DNA from: Squalus acanthias
Lineage: Eukaryota
Assembly: GCA_030390025.1 (NCBI GenBank)
Contig: CM059432.1
Span: forward strand, 114,640,001-114,704,000
Reading direction: 5' to 3'
Length of the DNA: 64,000 nucleotides
The position numbers and the translations under genes are program-made. This document shows positions 26,405 through 39,970 of this stretch, one piece after another. Below the pieces are notes generated by a model that worked only from the letters and a program-made list of their open reading frames with translations, was not told the DNA's origin and made no database searches. Position 1 is the first letter of the stretch; each line of letters starts with the position of its first letter.

Positions 26405-27105
26405 GGGGATTAAATAGTTTAACATCTCCCGCCTGACAGGAACCGGGCGGGGAGGGGGGGGTGTGGGGAGTGCAGTTAAAATGATGGCAGACACTTACCC
26501 CCATTGATCCCGCTGCCTTCCTGAAGTGTCCCGATGTTAACCTGCTCTTTTGAACAGGTGTGCAGGACACCCACATGTAGGAAGTGAGGTCCTTCTTTTA
26601 AATAGTCAGATCGGGTCCCAATGATGTCATCAGGATCCGACTGCAATATTAGTCCGAGGCCTGAGCAGTGACGGATTCCCCGTCAGGACAGGACATACCT
26701 GCGGGAGGGGGATCGTGGGCTGGAAGAATCCCAGGCTGGTAAGTTAAAAAATTAAATTTTAGGTTTCCTTGCGGGCCAGAAGGCGCAGGAGTGCGCCTCC
26801 GGGCCTCACGAGACAGCCTTGGGCCTCCCTTGCCCCGAGCTTCCCCCCCCCCCTCCCCACAATTGACTGGTGGGACCGTTCCCATGGGTCCCTTGCTGTG
26901 GCCTCCTGCCGCCAAATTCCATCTGCCGGCGGCCAGCCGGGTAGTGGATCTGTCCGGGTTCAGGCAGGTCTCATGAAAAATTGATGGAAATGAGACGTGG
27001 CCGTTAAAATCGTCCGGGCCTCCACATCCCCGGACTCTCCAGCTTCACCGTCTACTTCAGGTCTCACACGCACCGTACCAAACAAATCCTTTAAAATACG
27101 GGCCC
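26405..27105. mobile_element. Non-autonomous Harbinger-type element, left end uncertain
   Basis: GC-rich block ending aaaatacgggccc, with cccgcc subterminal motifs and a decayed CRE (tgatgtca) as in the other MITEs. Confidence 0.55.
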
Positions 27106-28719
27106 ATAATACAATAGACTGCAGTAGAAGGAACACTGAAGGCCAAATTGAAAGGTGCATTTTTCCAGGGTTTAGCACCCAAATAGCACCTGAAAAACAG
27201 GCACTATGCAGAGGAAAAATGGGCACTAATCCTATGCTCCCATTCTGTGCCTAAACAGCATTGCAGCGGAATTTCCTGCGTGCCGTTTCAGGTGGTTGTG
27301 TCTGAAGAAGGTGCAACAATGTAAATGAATGTCAGAGAGATCTGTGCTCTCCTGCTAGATGTCCTGTTCTAGTGCCAGGTGCAGTTCAGAAGAAAACGGC
27401 TCACAAAAAACAAAACAACAGGTGCTATAGCTTCCAGAGCTGCTGTCAGGTAGTACCTCTCTTAAAGGGACAGGCTGGTCTTGCAAAGGAAGATCTTTAT
27501 TTTTGGCCTTTTGAATTAAAAATGGTCTTTCAGCTTCATAAATTGTTGCAGAGTGCTGCAACTCTTTTTTACTCACTGATAGACGCATAAGTTTGGAATG
27601 ATGGTTTCTCCTTTTGTAAGATAGCTTAATTTGAGGCCGAAAAGGAGCAACAAACACAATTCACCTTGACAGCTGAAGTTCTTTGCCTGACCTTCTCCAG
27701 AGCCACCATCAAATGCTTCACTAGCAACAGGCAAGAATGCTCCTCCCACCTTTCTGTCCCACAATTAACAGATTCCACCCACTCAAACCTGCAATCAATG
27801 TCTATTCCCAAATCTTCAGTTTACACATTCATACTTGATTTCCCTGTTCACCTACGTAAAAATGCACAAATAGAACAGTGATCAAGGTCCAACAGTGATT
27901 TATTACAATATGGTTTTTATGTGGCTGCCTACTCTTTATCACCACAGTGCTTTCCTCTTCCCCACTTTTACCATGGTGGAAGTGTAAGAAAAGCTGCTCA
28001 GGAACCTAAAAGTTATAGAAGTTCCAAGGAAATAAAAGCCAAATGTTGATTGTGTCAATGTGTTTTGCTTCTCCACAAGCTCGCAGCAGCACTTCCGTGC
28101 TTGCTTCATCAAACTCGGATCCCTCCCTCTTCCACTTCATGCTGGTGTCATCCTATCCTGCCAGAGAAACAGACAAACAGTATTAGGGGAAGGAACTTCA
28201 AAAAGAGTAAAAGCACAGACATTGCGGGTAAGGTTTCAGATATAATAGAAGCATTTTACGCAAGCCTTCAACAAACTTTAACTTTTTACACTTTTAAAAT
28301 ATTGAAAAAATATTAAAAAGTTGCATACCTTCTTGCAAGAACCTCAGGCCAGTCAAGAAGGAACATTCTGCAGTTGTCTCCTCTTGCGTCCTGTTCCTTT
28401 AATCAGCTTAAGGACCGAGGTGCACCCAAACTTCTTGCCAGCTGAGGCATCTGCACAAATCATGCCCCTCTACGTGTACCCAAAATGAAACTACAATATG
28501 TAGATGAGGGACAGCAATAGATCCCAATGCAAATTCTTCTACCCAGGTGCAGTGCACTGTGGTCATGTTGCCCCAAAACATAGCCTATTCAGGAAAATGA
28601 GTCCTACAAGGTCCTTAAATTTCAAAAACTCATGCTCTTTGAGCTGTTTTAAATATGAAATATCAGTTTCTTCAAATCACAATTGCAATGCAAACAAGCA
28701 AACTAACCGAAAGAACATA

Positions 28720-29876
28720 TTTTTTTTTATATTCGTTCATGGGATATGGGCGTCGCTGGCAAGGCCAGTATTTATTGCCCATCCCTAGTTGCCCTTGAGA
28801 AGGTACAGGTGAGCCGCCTTCTTGAATCGCTGCAGTCCATGTGGTGAGGGGACATAGTCTTAGAATAAGGGGCTGCTCTTTCAAAACTGAGATGAGGAGG
28901 AACTACTTCACTCAGAGGGTGGTAGGTCCATGGAATATGCTGCCACAAAAAGCTGTAGAAGCTACATCATTAAATAAATTTAAAACAGAAATAGACAGTT
29001 TCCTAGAAGTAAAGGGCATTAAGGGTTACGGGGAGCGGGCAGGAATTTGGACATGAGTCTAGGTTCGGATCGGTCATGGCCCTGTGGGTAGTGGAGCGGG
29101 CCCAGGGACCGTGTAGCCTGATTCTGCTCCTATTTCGTGTGTGCAATTCTGTTAGATGCAGGAGATGGTTCTGTGATAGATAGTAGATTGGCGGTTAGGA
29201 TCAGATCAGCCATGATCTTATTGAATGGCGGAGCAGGCTCGAGGGGCCGATTGGCCTACTCCTGCTCCTATTTCTTATGTTCTTATGTTCTTATGTACTC
29301 CCACAGTGCTGTTAGGGAGGGAGTTCCAGGATTTTGACCCAGCAACGATGAAGGATCGGCGATATACTTCCAAGTCAGGATGGTGTGTGACTTGGAGGGG
29401 AACTTGCAGGTGGTGGTGTTTTCATGCGCCTGCTGCCCTTGTTCTTCTAGGTGGTAGAGGTCGCGGGTTTGGGAGGTGTTGCCGAAGAAGCCTTGGCGAG
29501 TTGCTGCAGTGCATCTTGTAGATGGTACACACAGCAGCCACGGCACGGCGATGGATGGGGTGCCAATCAAGCAGGCTGCTTTGTCTTGGATGGTGTCGAG
29601 CTTCCTGAGTGTTGTTGGAGCTGCACTCATCCAGGCAAGTGGAGAGTATTCCATCACACTCCTTACTTGTGCCTTGTAAATGGTGGAAAGGCTCTGGGGA
29701 GTCAGGAGGTGAGACGCTCGCCGCAGAATACCCAGCCACTGACCTGCTCTTGTTGCCACAGTATTTATGTGGCTGGTCTAGTTAAGTTTATGGTCAGTGG
29801 TGACCCTCAGGATGTTGATGGTAGGGGATTCGGCGACGGTAATGCCATTGAATGTCAAGAGGAGGTGGTTAGACGC
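28720..29876 (-). mobile_element. L2/Crack-type (CR1 group) LINE 3' part, interrupted by a CR1 3' fragment
   Basis: LSTIYKAQVRSVMEYSPLAWMSAAPTTLRKLDTIQDKA; tail ...gcgacgcccatatcccatgaacgaat-poly(A). Clade assignment tentative. Confidence 0.75.
28843..29295 (+). mobile_element. CR1 3' fragment with doubled 3' UTR
   Basis: RGHSLRIRG..FKTEMRRNYFTQRVV, then two successive 3'-UTR-like units and a (ttcttatg)n tail. Confidence 0.85.
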
Positions 29877-31130
29877 TCGGAATGAGAAAGGTCCACTCAG
29901 TCCTTCCACAGACCATGTACAATCTACCCTATTATGGATTCTACCCCAACTATTTAATCTTAGAAAGGAAAGTTCTTCATAAATACTCCCTGATCTCCAA
30001 AAGTAATCAGATAAACTCTAGAATACGCACCAATCCCTATGTTTCCATTATTTTTCACAAAAGAGAGGGATAATGCAGACATTGCAATCAGGGAGGAGGA
30101 GTGTGAAATATTAGATTAAATAAACATAGTGAAAAAGGAAGTATTAAGGGGTTTAGCATCTTTGAAAGTGGATAAATTCCCAGGCCCGGATGAAATGTAT
30201 CCCAGACTGTTAAGAGAAGTAAAAGAGGAAATAGCAGAGGCTCTGACCATCATTTTCCAATTCTCTCTGGCTACAGGTGGGTTGCCAGAGGACTGGAGGA
30301 ATGCTAACGTGATACCATTGTTTAAAAAGGGAAAAAAGGATAGACCGAGTAATAACAGGCCAGTCAGCCTAACCTCGGTGGTGGGAAAATTATTGGAAAA
30401 AATTCTGAGGGACAGGATAAATCTTCATTTAGAAAGACATGGATTAATCAGGGACAGTCAGCATGGATTTGTTAAGGGAAGGTCGTGTCTGACTAACTTA
30501 ATTGAATTTTTTGAGGAGGTAACAAGGAGGGTCGATGAGGGTAGTGCGTTTGATGTAGTCTACATGGATTTTAGCAAGGCTTTTGATAAGGTCCCGCATG
30601 GCAGACTGGTCACGAAAGTAAAAGCCCATGGGATCCAAGGTAAAGTGGCAAGTTGGATCCAAAATTGGCTCAGAGGCAGGAAACAAAGGGTAATGGTCGA
30701 AGGGTGTTCTTGTGACTGGAAGGCTGTTTCCAGTGGGGTTCCGCAGGGCTCAGTACTGGGTCCTTTGCTTTTTGTGGTATATATCAATGATTTGGACTTG
30801 AATGTAGGAAGTATGATTAAGAAGTTTGCAGATGATACAAAAATTGGCCGCGTGGTTGATAATGAAGAAGAAAGCTACAGACTGCAGGAAGATATCAATG
30901 GACTGGTAAGGTGGGTAGAACAGTGGCAAATGGAATTCAATCTGGAGAAGTGTGAGGTAATGCATTTGGAGAGGGCTAACAAGGCAAGGGAATACACGAT
31001 AAATTGTACGACACTGAGAAGTGCAGAAGATCAGAGGGACCTTGGAGCGCATGTCCACAGATCCCTGAAGGTAACAGGACAGGTAGATAAGGTGGTTAAG
31101 AAGGCATACGGGATACTTGCCTTTATTAGC

Positions 31131-32249
31131 CAAGATTGGTGTTGGACTGGGGTGGACAAAAATGAGAAGTCGCACAACACCAGGTTATAGTCCAACAGTT
31201 TTATTTGAAATCACAAGCTTTCGGAGCTGTTGCTCCTTCGTCGGGTGAAGTCAACGAAGACTTCACCCGACGAAGGAGCAACAGCTCCGAAAGCTTGTGA
31301 TTTCAAATAAAACTGTTGGGGGTAAAAATTCACTTGGTTGCGCCTCCCGTTAGCGCCTTAAGAGGGCGCTAATGGGGCGCAAAGCCGCTAACGCCCGGGC
31401 GCAGCGATGTTTGCGCCGCTCGAGAACTTAACTTGAGATTGTGCGGCGGCGCTAAAACTTACCGCTGCGACCACCTGCGCGCGCAGATTGTGACGTCATT
31501 CCATGGTGCAACGCCCTTGTGGCGCCCCGGAGCGGAAATTGAGTGGCGCACCCTGCCTTACCGCCTGGCGCTTCCAACGACCAGAAGACTGGAACGCTAT
31601 CAATCGCTGTGGGGCTGGGGGGGGCGCTATTTAAAGGGGGCCTCTTCCTGTCTTTTATTGTTGGTGGCATTTTTGAACTACGCATTCTGAGAGAGAGAGG
31701 GAGAGACTTCTGGAGAGATTCAACGTTGTGTGAAGGAGTTTTGGGTACTGAGCAGCACTTTGCAGGTTCATTTTGATTTGCCATTCCTTGTATCGATTTA
31801 GCAGAGACCGTGGGAGCTGCACTCTGAGCTCTTTGCCTGGTACTCTCCATTGTTCTTTCCAGCACATTTGATGTGCAAGTCTCTCCAGGCCGAGATTCAA
31901 GGCAGCAATGAACAGGATGTGGATGGAAAGCAAGATTAACCATCCCCTTTAAGAACTGGCCCGTGCCATTGTGTGTGTGTTCCATTGCTGACTGACATTA
32001 CATGAGCTTCGCCAGCGCTCCGAGTTAGCGCCTCACTGCTCGGCCTTTGCGCCTTAAGAGAGGTGTGCAGCACCTGCTTTAGCGCTCCACTCACCTCCCG
32101 GGGCGGTAAAAGTGAAGTTTCCTGTCAGTGCCGATAATTAGCGCCAGGCGCTAATATTTGCGTCCGGACGATATTTGCGCCCCAAATGGGGCGCGACCTA
32201 ATTTCTACCCCTTGGACTATAACCTGGTGTTGTGCGACTTCTCATTTTT
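31131..32249. mobile_element. Palindromic Penelope-like-derived element with hammerhead-like motifs, itself interrupted by a Harbinger derivative
   Basis: Arm 31158-31252 is the reverse complement of 31259-31318 plus 32215-32249; tttattagc duplicated at both flanks. Confidence 0.7.
31319..32211 (+). mobile_element. Internally deleted Harbinger element
   Basis: TIRs ggggtaaaaatt / aatttctacccc, TSD TTG; internal gcgctatttaaagg segment resembles the transposase upstream region at about 14030. Confidence 0.85.
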
Positions 32250-35200
32250 ATTAGCAAGGCAGAGAATATAAGAGCAGGGAGGTTATGCTTGAACTGTATA
32301 AAACACTAGTTAGGCTGCAGCTAGAATACTGCGTGCAGTTCTGGTCACCACATTACAGGAAGGATGTGATTGCACTAGAGGGGGTGCAGAGGAGATTTAC
32401 GAGGGTGTTGCCTGGGAAAGATTGGATTGGCTGGGGTTGTTTTCTTTGGAACAGAGGAGGCCGAGGGGAGACCTAATTGAGGTGTATAAAATTATGAGGG
32501 GCCTAGATAAAGTGGATAGGAAGGACCTATTTCCCTTAGCAGAAGGGTCAATAACCAGGGGGCATAGATTTAAAGTAATTGGTCGGAGGTTTAGAGGGGA
32601 TTTGAGGAGAAATGTTTTCACCCAGAGGGTGGTGGGGATCTGAAACTCACTGCCTGAAAGGGTGGTAGAGGCAGAGACCCTCATCACATTTAAAAAGTAC
32701 TTGGATATGCACTTGAAGTGCCATAACCTACAAGACTACGGACCAAGTGCTGGAAAGTGGGATTAGGGTGGATAGCTCTTTGTCAGCCAGCACGGACAAG
32801 ATGGGCTGTAACATTCTATGATTATTCAACTCTGGCAGGCAACTCTCCACAAACAACACAGAAGCCACCATGTCCAATAGAGTATTTGGTCATTTTACTC
32901 TCTGCATGCTTAAACCTTCAATCCCGTTTCTTTGTAGATGTTTATCCATCTCCTTTTTGAAGAAGTTAATTGACACGGGATCAACTGCTTTTGCTGTGAG
33001 TATATTTCACAAATCTTCTACCCCATGGGCTTGGGGGATTTCTTCTAGTCTTGTATGAAGCTTCTTAATTTTGAACTGGTTTCCTCTCGTTTTGTGTTCA
33101 TGATCAAGCCAAATAGCGGGCTCACACGTCTTGCTACACTTATTATTTAAAGCCTTGTACGGTCAGTCCATGGAATGACATACTTTATAAATAAATGTTC
33201 ATATGTTTTTTTTTTATTAGTGAGCAAGAAATCAAGTCTTGCAGATGTACAATTGTTAAAGTGATTAACTTTATTCTTTTAGAAATTATTGTTCCATAAT
33301 AAACAAGATGTTTAATAAGAATTGAACATATGAGCCAATCCACAGTAAGTTTATGAACATATTCTGCTCGTCACCAAGCTACTTTAGCAGCTTTAGATTC
33401 TTTCCCAACAACCCATATGTCTGAAGAACTAAACACGAAACAAATATTTGCTAAAATTTAGCTCCTATAGTATATTTTGAATCAATACATTATAGCAGCT
33501 GAATCTGTTTCACATTTACTTTCACTTTTTAGATTCATTTAAACCATAAAACCGCTCAATTATTCCACTTAGGGAACTCCCTAATACTCTAATTTCCCCA
33601 CATTAATATCAAAAACACTAAAAGGCCATCCATAATGATGATCTTTTTCAAAGAGCAAAAAGAGAAACCTTTTGATTTCCCGACTAATCTCCCTAAAGCA
33701 AACTTTTTTTTTAAATGAGGAAAATTGATTTTTGGATCTCAGAGGCCCAGTCTATGATCTATGCTAAGTTAGCTGATTTTAGCCAATTTAGCAGTAGTTG
33801 CGCTACAATTGGCCCAGATTTCTATCACTGCTCCTTTTTGACTAGGCCATGCAAGTTACCACCTAAGGCACACATTAATAATTTAGTTTGTCTCTGTAAG
33901 ATGGAAAGAATGAGAAGAAATAGGAAACATTGATGACCATTGCACTGAACATTTTCCTACTTTAGTCAAAAAATATAATCAAATAAGTGCCGGTTCTATT
34001 AGAGTTATATTTGACTTCAGGAAATAAATCTTCAAGACCTGTTGCAGCAGCTGTGAAAAACTCACTCTCAAGCACATCAAAATAGTAAAGGTGTGATTGA
34101 TGGAGCACTCACTTATATATTGCACACAAACTACATTAGAAGTAACATTAACGTTGGCACAAAGAAATTCATTCAGGATAAAGTTGGGAATTGAAACTTG
34201 GGTAAGCAGAGCTGATCTGGTATCCTAGAATCTCTCTACATGCACAGGCAGAGCACTCTGTAACAGTCACTCTCTCATGTGATGTCTAACACACCAACAA
34301 GTGCTTTTATCTCTTTAATCCATTGATTCATGCTAGTAATTTACCTGAATTTAATGCATATGGACCTGTATCTGGAAAATAAATATCAGAATGGGATACA
34401 GAATGAAAAAAATGATGTAGCAAAAAGCATACATTCTAGCCACATAATGGAAATGAACAGTTAATATGCATTGTTTGTTAGAAAATTTAATCAATGCTGA
34501 TACAACATGCTAGCAGATCATTTATTAGTAGATAGATTATTAGCACCAAGCAATCTGTCTGGCCAATAGAGCAATATTAACATACAAAGAAAGCCAGCTG
34601 AGTTAATCAAAAGCAAAAGCTCTTGAACTGCCACTACTGGCTCGAGCTTGCGTCCGCCCTATCTACTAATCGTTATAATGACTACTACAGCTTGTTTTAT
34701 GCAGGAATGGGGAAAAGGGGCTTAGGTTGTTGAGGGCACTCAGCTGAACCTCTTGCTATAAAGGTAACATTTATGTAAGAGTAAACACAAGGAATGATGG
34801 TGCTGAATGCTGACTTCAATCAAATGGAGTTTGTTTTCATTCCCCACCACTGGGTTTTGTTACAATTATATTCATAGATTCCACAAATGAAATCATAATA
34901 TTGCAGTTTCACAACTTTGCTGACCTAATCTTTTTAAGTACCAGTCTTGAACTGGATGAGATCAATTTTTTTACCTTTATCAAATCCCTGCTGAGTATTT
35001 GTTAACACGTGATAAAACATGCTGTAGTGTTCATTATAAGCATATTAACTGTAAGCAAAATGTAATCCTTGTTTTGTTAACTACTGATTAATGTAAGGAT
35101 CACAAAGTGTGATGCTTGACCCTATTCAACAATGTGGAAAAACAGCCATGACTTTTATTCAAACCTTCCCATTTTTGCACAAATTAAGTAAGAGAGGAAT

Positions 35201-35929
35201 GGGTAAGTGCCTTGCAGTACAGAGAAGCAAGCATCACTGACAGTATTTGGGTACTTTTGTGCTAATGCCTGGTGATGAATGTGCCACAGCTGAGAAAGAG
35301 AGAGGATGAGGGTAAGGCTGGGTAACTGACTCCTAGGCTACCACCAAGTCTGCCCTGAACCAGCCAGTTGGAGGTGCACAAGAGAATCCTGGAGTTAACT
35401 TTCCTAACTTAACTTCATCTTTATGGTGAATCTCTTGGCCTCAACAGCAATTTGGCAGAGATTGCGAAGGCAGTGGAGCGAATCAGTCTATCATTCTGTA
35501 GGACCATGCATCATTGCTTGAAAAGCACTTCTCCCATATGCTATCCTAATTTTGTTCCTTTTATGCCTTAATAAAGGGACAAATGACTCCTTATCTGGCA
35601 GTGCCATGAATATCTATTCCTGACTAATACTATAGTGGCAGGATGATGCGAAAGTGCAGCAGAAAAAGAAAATCTCAATTAGGATATAAATATTCAGGCC
35701 CTGGCCCATATTTCTATGTCACTGAATAACTTATAACCTACTTTTTAGTGCCATGTTTTTAAATACCTATTAGACATAAGGTATTGGGATTTGTTTTTGA
35801 TTCCCATTTGTTGCTGGATTCCACTTCAATGCCATTCATTAATGAGTCCAGATTGTATCCAAAGTATATTAAATTGAACTTGTGTTTCAGAAAACAAAAA
35901 AAGAGAAAACCTAATATCTCTGAACATAC

Positions 35930-36083
35930 TTTGTAATCTCCTCGTAGGGCTTTCACCATGTGGGTGTCTGCGTGGCGTATACGGTGAAGGTTGAGGAAGT
36001 GGCATTGATGAAACGTCGTGCGTCTGGAGTTTGTACCAGTGCGGTTCATCATCCAGCAGAGCAGTTTCCAACTCTATGAGAAT
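35930..36083 (-). CDS. RIMS2: RIMS2 coding exon (end of C2A domain), 154 bp, phase 0 to 1
   Basis: Translates ILIELETALLDDEPHWYKLQTHDVSSMPLPQPSPYTPRRHPHGESPTRRLQ; THDVSS and GESPTRRLQ match RIMS2 rather than RIMS1 (THDESS, GESSSKKLQ). Flanked by atttcag and gtatgt. Confidence 0.95.
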
Positions 36084-36644
36084 CTGAAATCAGGAAGACA
36101 AGGAAACTAATAGTACTGGATGTCAGCAACATAACACAAAGAAACCCAAGAGAAGTCAAAACGGTATTGAAAATGTTTAAAAATAGTATTTTTGACGAAA
36201 AAATGTACACCACATGATGACATAATCGTATCTTATGAAGATGGGGTTGTGATGAAAAAAAATTCAGTGACGCCAACCTCAGTCACATCAATATTCACAT
36301 ATTTTCAACATATTTAAATTACTTACCTGATATTGAGTATGAATAATATACAAGATGAAGAGCTGTGGGATGTGATCCATACCCCAAGTGTGGTGGTGAT
36401 CATAACTCACTTGCAACCTTGTCACTCACTTGTGGCATATCAATTGTATCCTAGGGGTCTTCATCGTATATCCTTTATTTATGTGAAGTGCATTATATAT
36501 GTTATTCCCCGGCAATCTCCTGAAAATGCAAGACTGTGGGTATATTTTCCTCTGTTTGTTAATCACGTCACCTTATACTCAAGCAGACAACTTGGCTCAG
36601 TTGGTAGCACTCTTACTTCTACATCAGAAGATCATGGGCTCAAG

Positions 36645-37670
36645 ATAAATTTAATAGAGTTTTTTCAAGAAGTTTGGCTAGATAGATGGAAAGCAGTAGA
36701 TGTAGTGTACAGGGATTTTCAGAAGGCATTCAATAAGGTGTCCAACAAGTGGCTTGTTACAAAAGTTCAGGCGCATGGTATAACAAGAAATGTAGCAGCA
36801 GGGATAGAAAGTTGATGAGCAAGAACCGAAGAGTTAGGGTAAATGGATGTTGCTTGGATTAGTAAAGGGTTAGAAATGGTGTACCCCAGAGGTTGGTGCT
36901 GGGTCCACTTTTTTTCTCAGTATCTTTATATATAGATGGTTTGGACTTGGGCATAGGAAGGACAATGTCAAAATTTGCCGACAACATAAAAATAGGGATT
37001 TTGGCAAACAGCAAGGAGGATTATAAAAGACTTCATGAAGACATAGGTTAGTGGAATGTGCAGACAGTGTCTAATAGCATTTTGGGTTTTATAAATATGA
37101 CCATAGATAATAAGAGTGAAGAATTATGCATTTGTAGAAAGCATTGGTTAGGCCACAGTTAGAGTACTGTGTGCAATTTGTAACACCCCATTATAGAAAG
37201 AAGATTCGAGCTATCAGATGCATACAGCATAAATTCAATGGGATGATGTCAGTGATGGGAAACTACTGCCAGAAGGAGAGACTAGAGATCCTGGGGCTAT
37301 TTCCACTGCAGCAGAGAAGGTTAAGAGGTTTAATAAAAGTTTTTAAAGTTATGAAGAGTTTTGTTTGAGTGAAAAATGAAAGACTATTTCCTCTGGCTGG
37401 GAGTCAGTGGTCATCAATTTAAAATTATCAAGAGAGAAAGGAGAGAGGGTAGGAGAGGGTTACTGGAACATGGAATACTTTGCTACAGGAATTAGTTGAG
37501 ACACAGAACGTTGCAACTTTTAAGGGAAAATTGGATAAATATTTGAAGCAGAAGAAGTTACATGACTATGGGGAGAGTGTGGGACAGTTGGGTTAGTTTT
37601 GTATTGCTCTGAGAGAAAGTCAGAACAGACAATGATGGGCCAAATGGCCTCCTTCTGTGCTGTAAACTTG
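36645..37670 (+). mobile_element. Old CR1 fragment
   Basis: VDVVYRDFQKAFNKV and RPQLEYCVQF motifs, many stops. Confidence 0.85.
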
Positions 37671-37736
37671 TATGGTTTGGTGGTTCTAAGCCCCACTCCA
37701 GAACTAATCTAGGCTGACATTTTAGTGCAGTACTGA

Positions 37737-38618
37737 GAACATAAGAACATAAGAATTAGGAGCAGGAGTAGGCGATATGGCCCCTCAACCCTGCTCTGCC
37801 ATTCAATAAGATCATGGCTGATCATCGACCTCAACTCCACTTTCCCGCCTGATCTCCCTATCCCTTGATTCCCCTGGAGTCCAAAAATATATCTAACTCA
37901 GCCTTGAATATACTCAAACTCTCAGCATTCACAGCCCTCTGGGGTAGAGAATTCCAAAGATTCACAACCCTGAGTGAAGAAATTCCTCCTCATCTCGGTC
38001 TTAAATGGCCTACCCCTTATCCTGAGACTATGCCCCCTAGTTCTAGACACTCCAGCCAGGGGAAACAACCTCTCAGCATCTACCCGGTCAATCCCCTTCA
38101 GAATCTTGTATGTTTCAATGAGATCACCTCTCATTCTTCTAAACTCCAGAGAGTATAGGCCCATTCTACACAATCTCTCATCATAGGTCAGTCCTCTTAT
38201 CCCAGGAATCAATCTAGTGAACCTTTGTTGCACCGTCTCCAAGGCAAGTATATCCTTCCTTAGATAAGGAGACTAAAATTGTGCACAGTACTCCAGGTGT
38301 GGTCTCACCAAGGCCCTGTACAACTGTAGCAAGACTTCCTTACTCTTATACTCCAACACCTTTGCAATAAAGGCGAACATGCCATTTGCCTTCCTTTTTG
38401 CTTGCTGTACCTGCATGCTAGCTTTCTGTATTTCTTGCATGAGGTCATCCAAATCTCTCTGAACACCAACATTTACTAGTTTCTCACCATTTAAAAAATA
38501 TTCTGTTTTTCTATTCTTCCTACCAAAGTGAATAACCTCACATTTCCCTACATTATACTCCAACTGCCACCTTACTGCCCACTCACTTGGTCTATCTATA
38601 TCCCTTTGTAGACTCTTT
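37737..38618 (-). mobile_element. CR1 3' portion
   Basis: LQRDIDR..LEYNVGKCEVIHFG and RRMRGDLIETYKIL; tail at 37737. Confidence 0.92.
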
Positions 38619-39248
38619 GGCCGCAATTTTGCCGGTGCTCAGAGAGGCGGGTCAGAGGTTAAAGTGCTATTGATTGATGGCGGGTCCCGAACCTGCCGTC
38701 AACCCGCCTCCAAACAGCTTTCCCAAGTATCGGGTCCCCGATTTGCGAATGGACCCAACACCTAGTGGCGGGAAACGTATTAAAGGCAATTACCTGCCTA
38801 TTAACAGGTACTTGTCAGTAGTTTTCAGCTTGTTTAGGGATTTTCCCGCTTCTGCGTCGGGTTTCCCGGCGTCCGGACACCACGCCAGGTAAGTGTGGCA
38901 TGTTGTGAGTCTGGTGTAATGTTTGTGAAAAGATGACAGCTGCAGAAGTGGTGTGAGGGATGTAATGTTGCACATGGTGAGTTTCAGAGCAAAGAAAATG
39001 TTGGTTACTGCATTTTTAAATCATATACAGATTTCTTTAGCTTACAAGTTTTTAAATCCAACTATATGTCCAGTGCTACCTCATTGGGAGAACCTCTCTC
39101 ACCAGTGACAGATCGCTTCTGTCACCTCGCCTGCAGCTGCCATCTATTCCAGCCTATGGAGGGAGTCATTGGAGAGCTTGGGTGCAAGAGGTCACCTTTG
39201 TGCAGTGATTGTCAGTGTTTTCAGCACCTCAATGCTGTCAAACACTGA
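38619..39248 (+). mobile_element. Left part of a Harbinger-type element
   Basis: TIR-like ggccgcaatttt, gaggcggg/cccgcctc subterminal repeats. Confidence 0.6.
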
Positions 39249-39970
39249 GGGGGCGATTTTGCCATCCCTGGGGAGGCGGGTTTGGAGGGGAGACTGCTGG
39301 GAAAATGGCAGAATCTGGGGGCGGGTACCCATCCCACCCCCAACCCGCCTCCGTGCCATCTTCCCAGAAGGCGGGTACCCGACCCACGCCGGGTCCCAGC
39401 TCCTCGAGGCGGGAAGGGGATTAGTGCCAATTAACTGCCTGTTAACAGATAGTTAACAGGCAGTTTTTTGGAGAATCCCTATTTTCAGCCCTGAAGTGTG
39501 GGCTTCCCGACGGCTCCGAACCTCACCAGAGTCAGCGAGTCGGGTCGTCGGTCTGCGGGGGTCGGAGGGGCCGAGATGTCCAGTGTGCAGGTGAGTGATG
39601 AGTGCAAGTGTGGAGAGGTAAGTGTGAGGTGTGTGTAAAGTGTTTTAATAAGTTTTACTTACCTTTACTTCTTCCTGCAGGCTTCCTCCCTTCAGGTCTC
39701 GGGAGACCCTCAGCTCACCGGCACAGAAAGCAGAATGGCCGTTGAACTGTCAAAAGCTGCAGCCTTCTGCTTTCTGCTCAGGGGAGCTCTCTAACTGAGC
39801 CTGAGTGGAAGGACTCAACTTAGAGGACAGATTGTCAGTGTTTGACAGCTTCACAGAGCCGTCAAACGCTGACATTTCATCTGTCAAAAGCTCTTGACAG
39901 ATGAAACGTCACTCGCTGACGTCACCTGTAACCGGCTTTCCCTTAATTGGCCTGCTAAGCCCGCTGGCCA
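39249..39970 (+). mobile_element. Harbinger-type MITE (same family as 57931-58761), right end missing
   Basis: gggggcgatttt TIR; colinear with 57931-58761 up to ctgctaagcccgctgg. Confidence 0.85.

Larger units (their letters stand above)
30040..32824 (+). mobile_element. CR1 LINE with long open RT, interrupted at 31131-32246
   Basis: ORF from 30129 carries PGPD, RPVSLTS, YMDFSKAFDKVPH, GVPQGSVLGP, KFADDTK; resumes after 32247 (LYKTLVRLQLEYCVQFWSP). Confidence 0.95.

Noticed and set aside
35930..36083. Assignment to RIMS1
   Set aside because: Diagnostic residues in several exons (THDVSS, GESPTRRLQ, YDCDDGIGVVS, YNTISRMDRHR) fit RIMS2.
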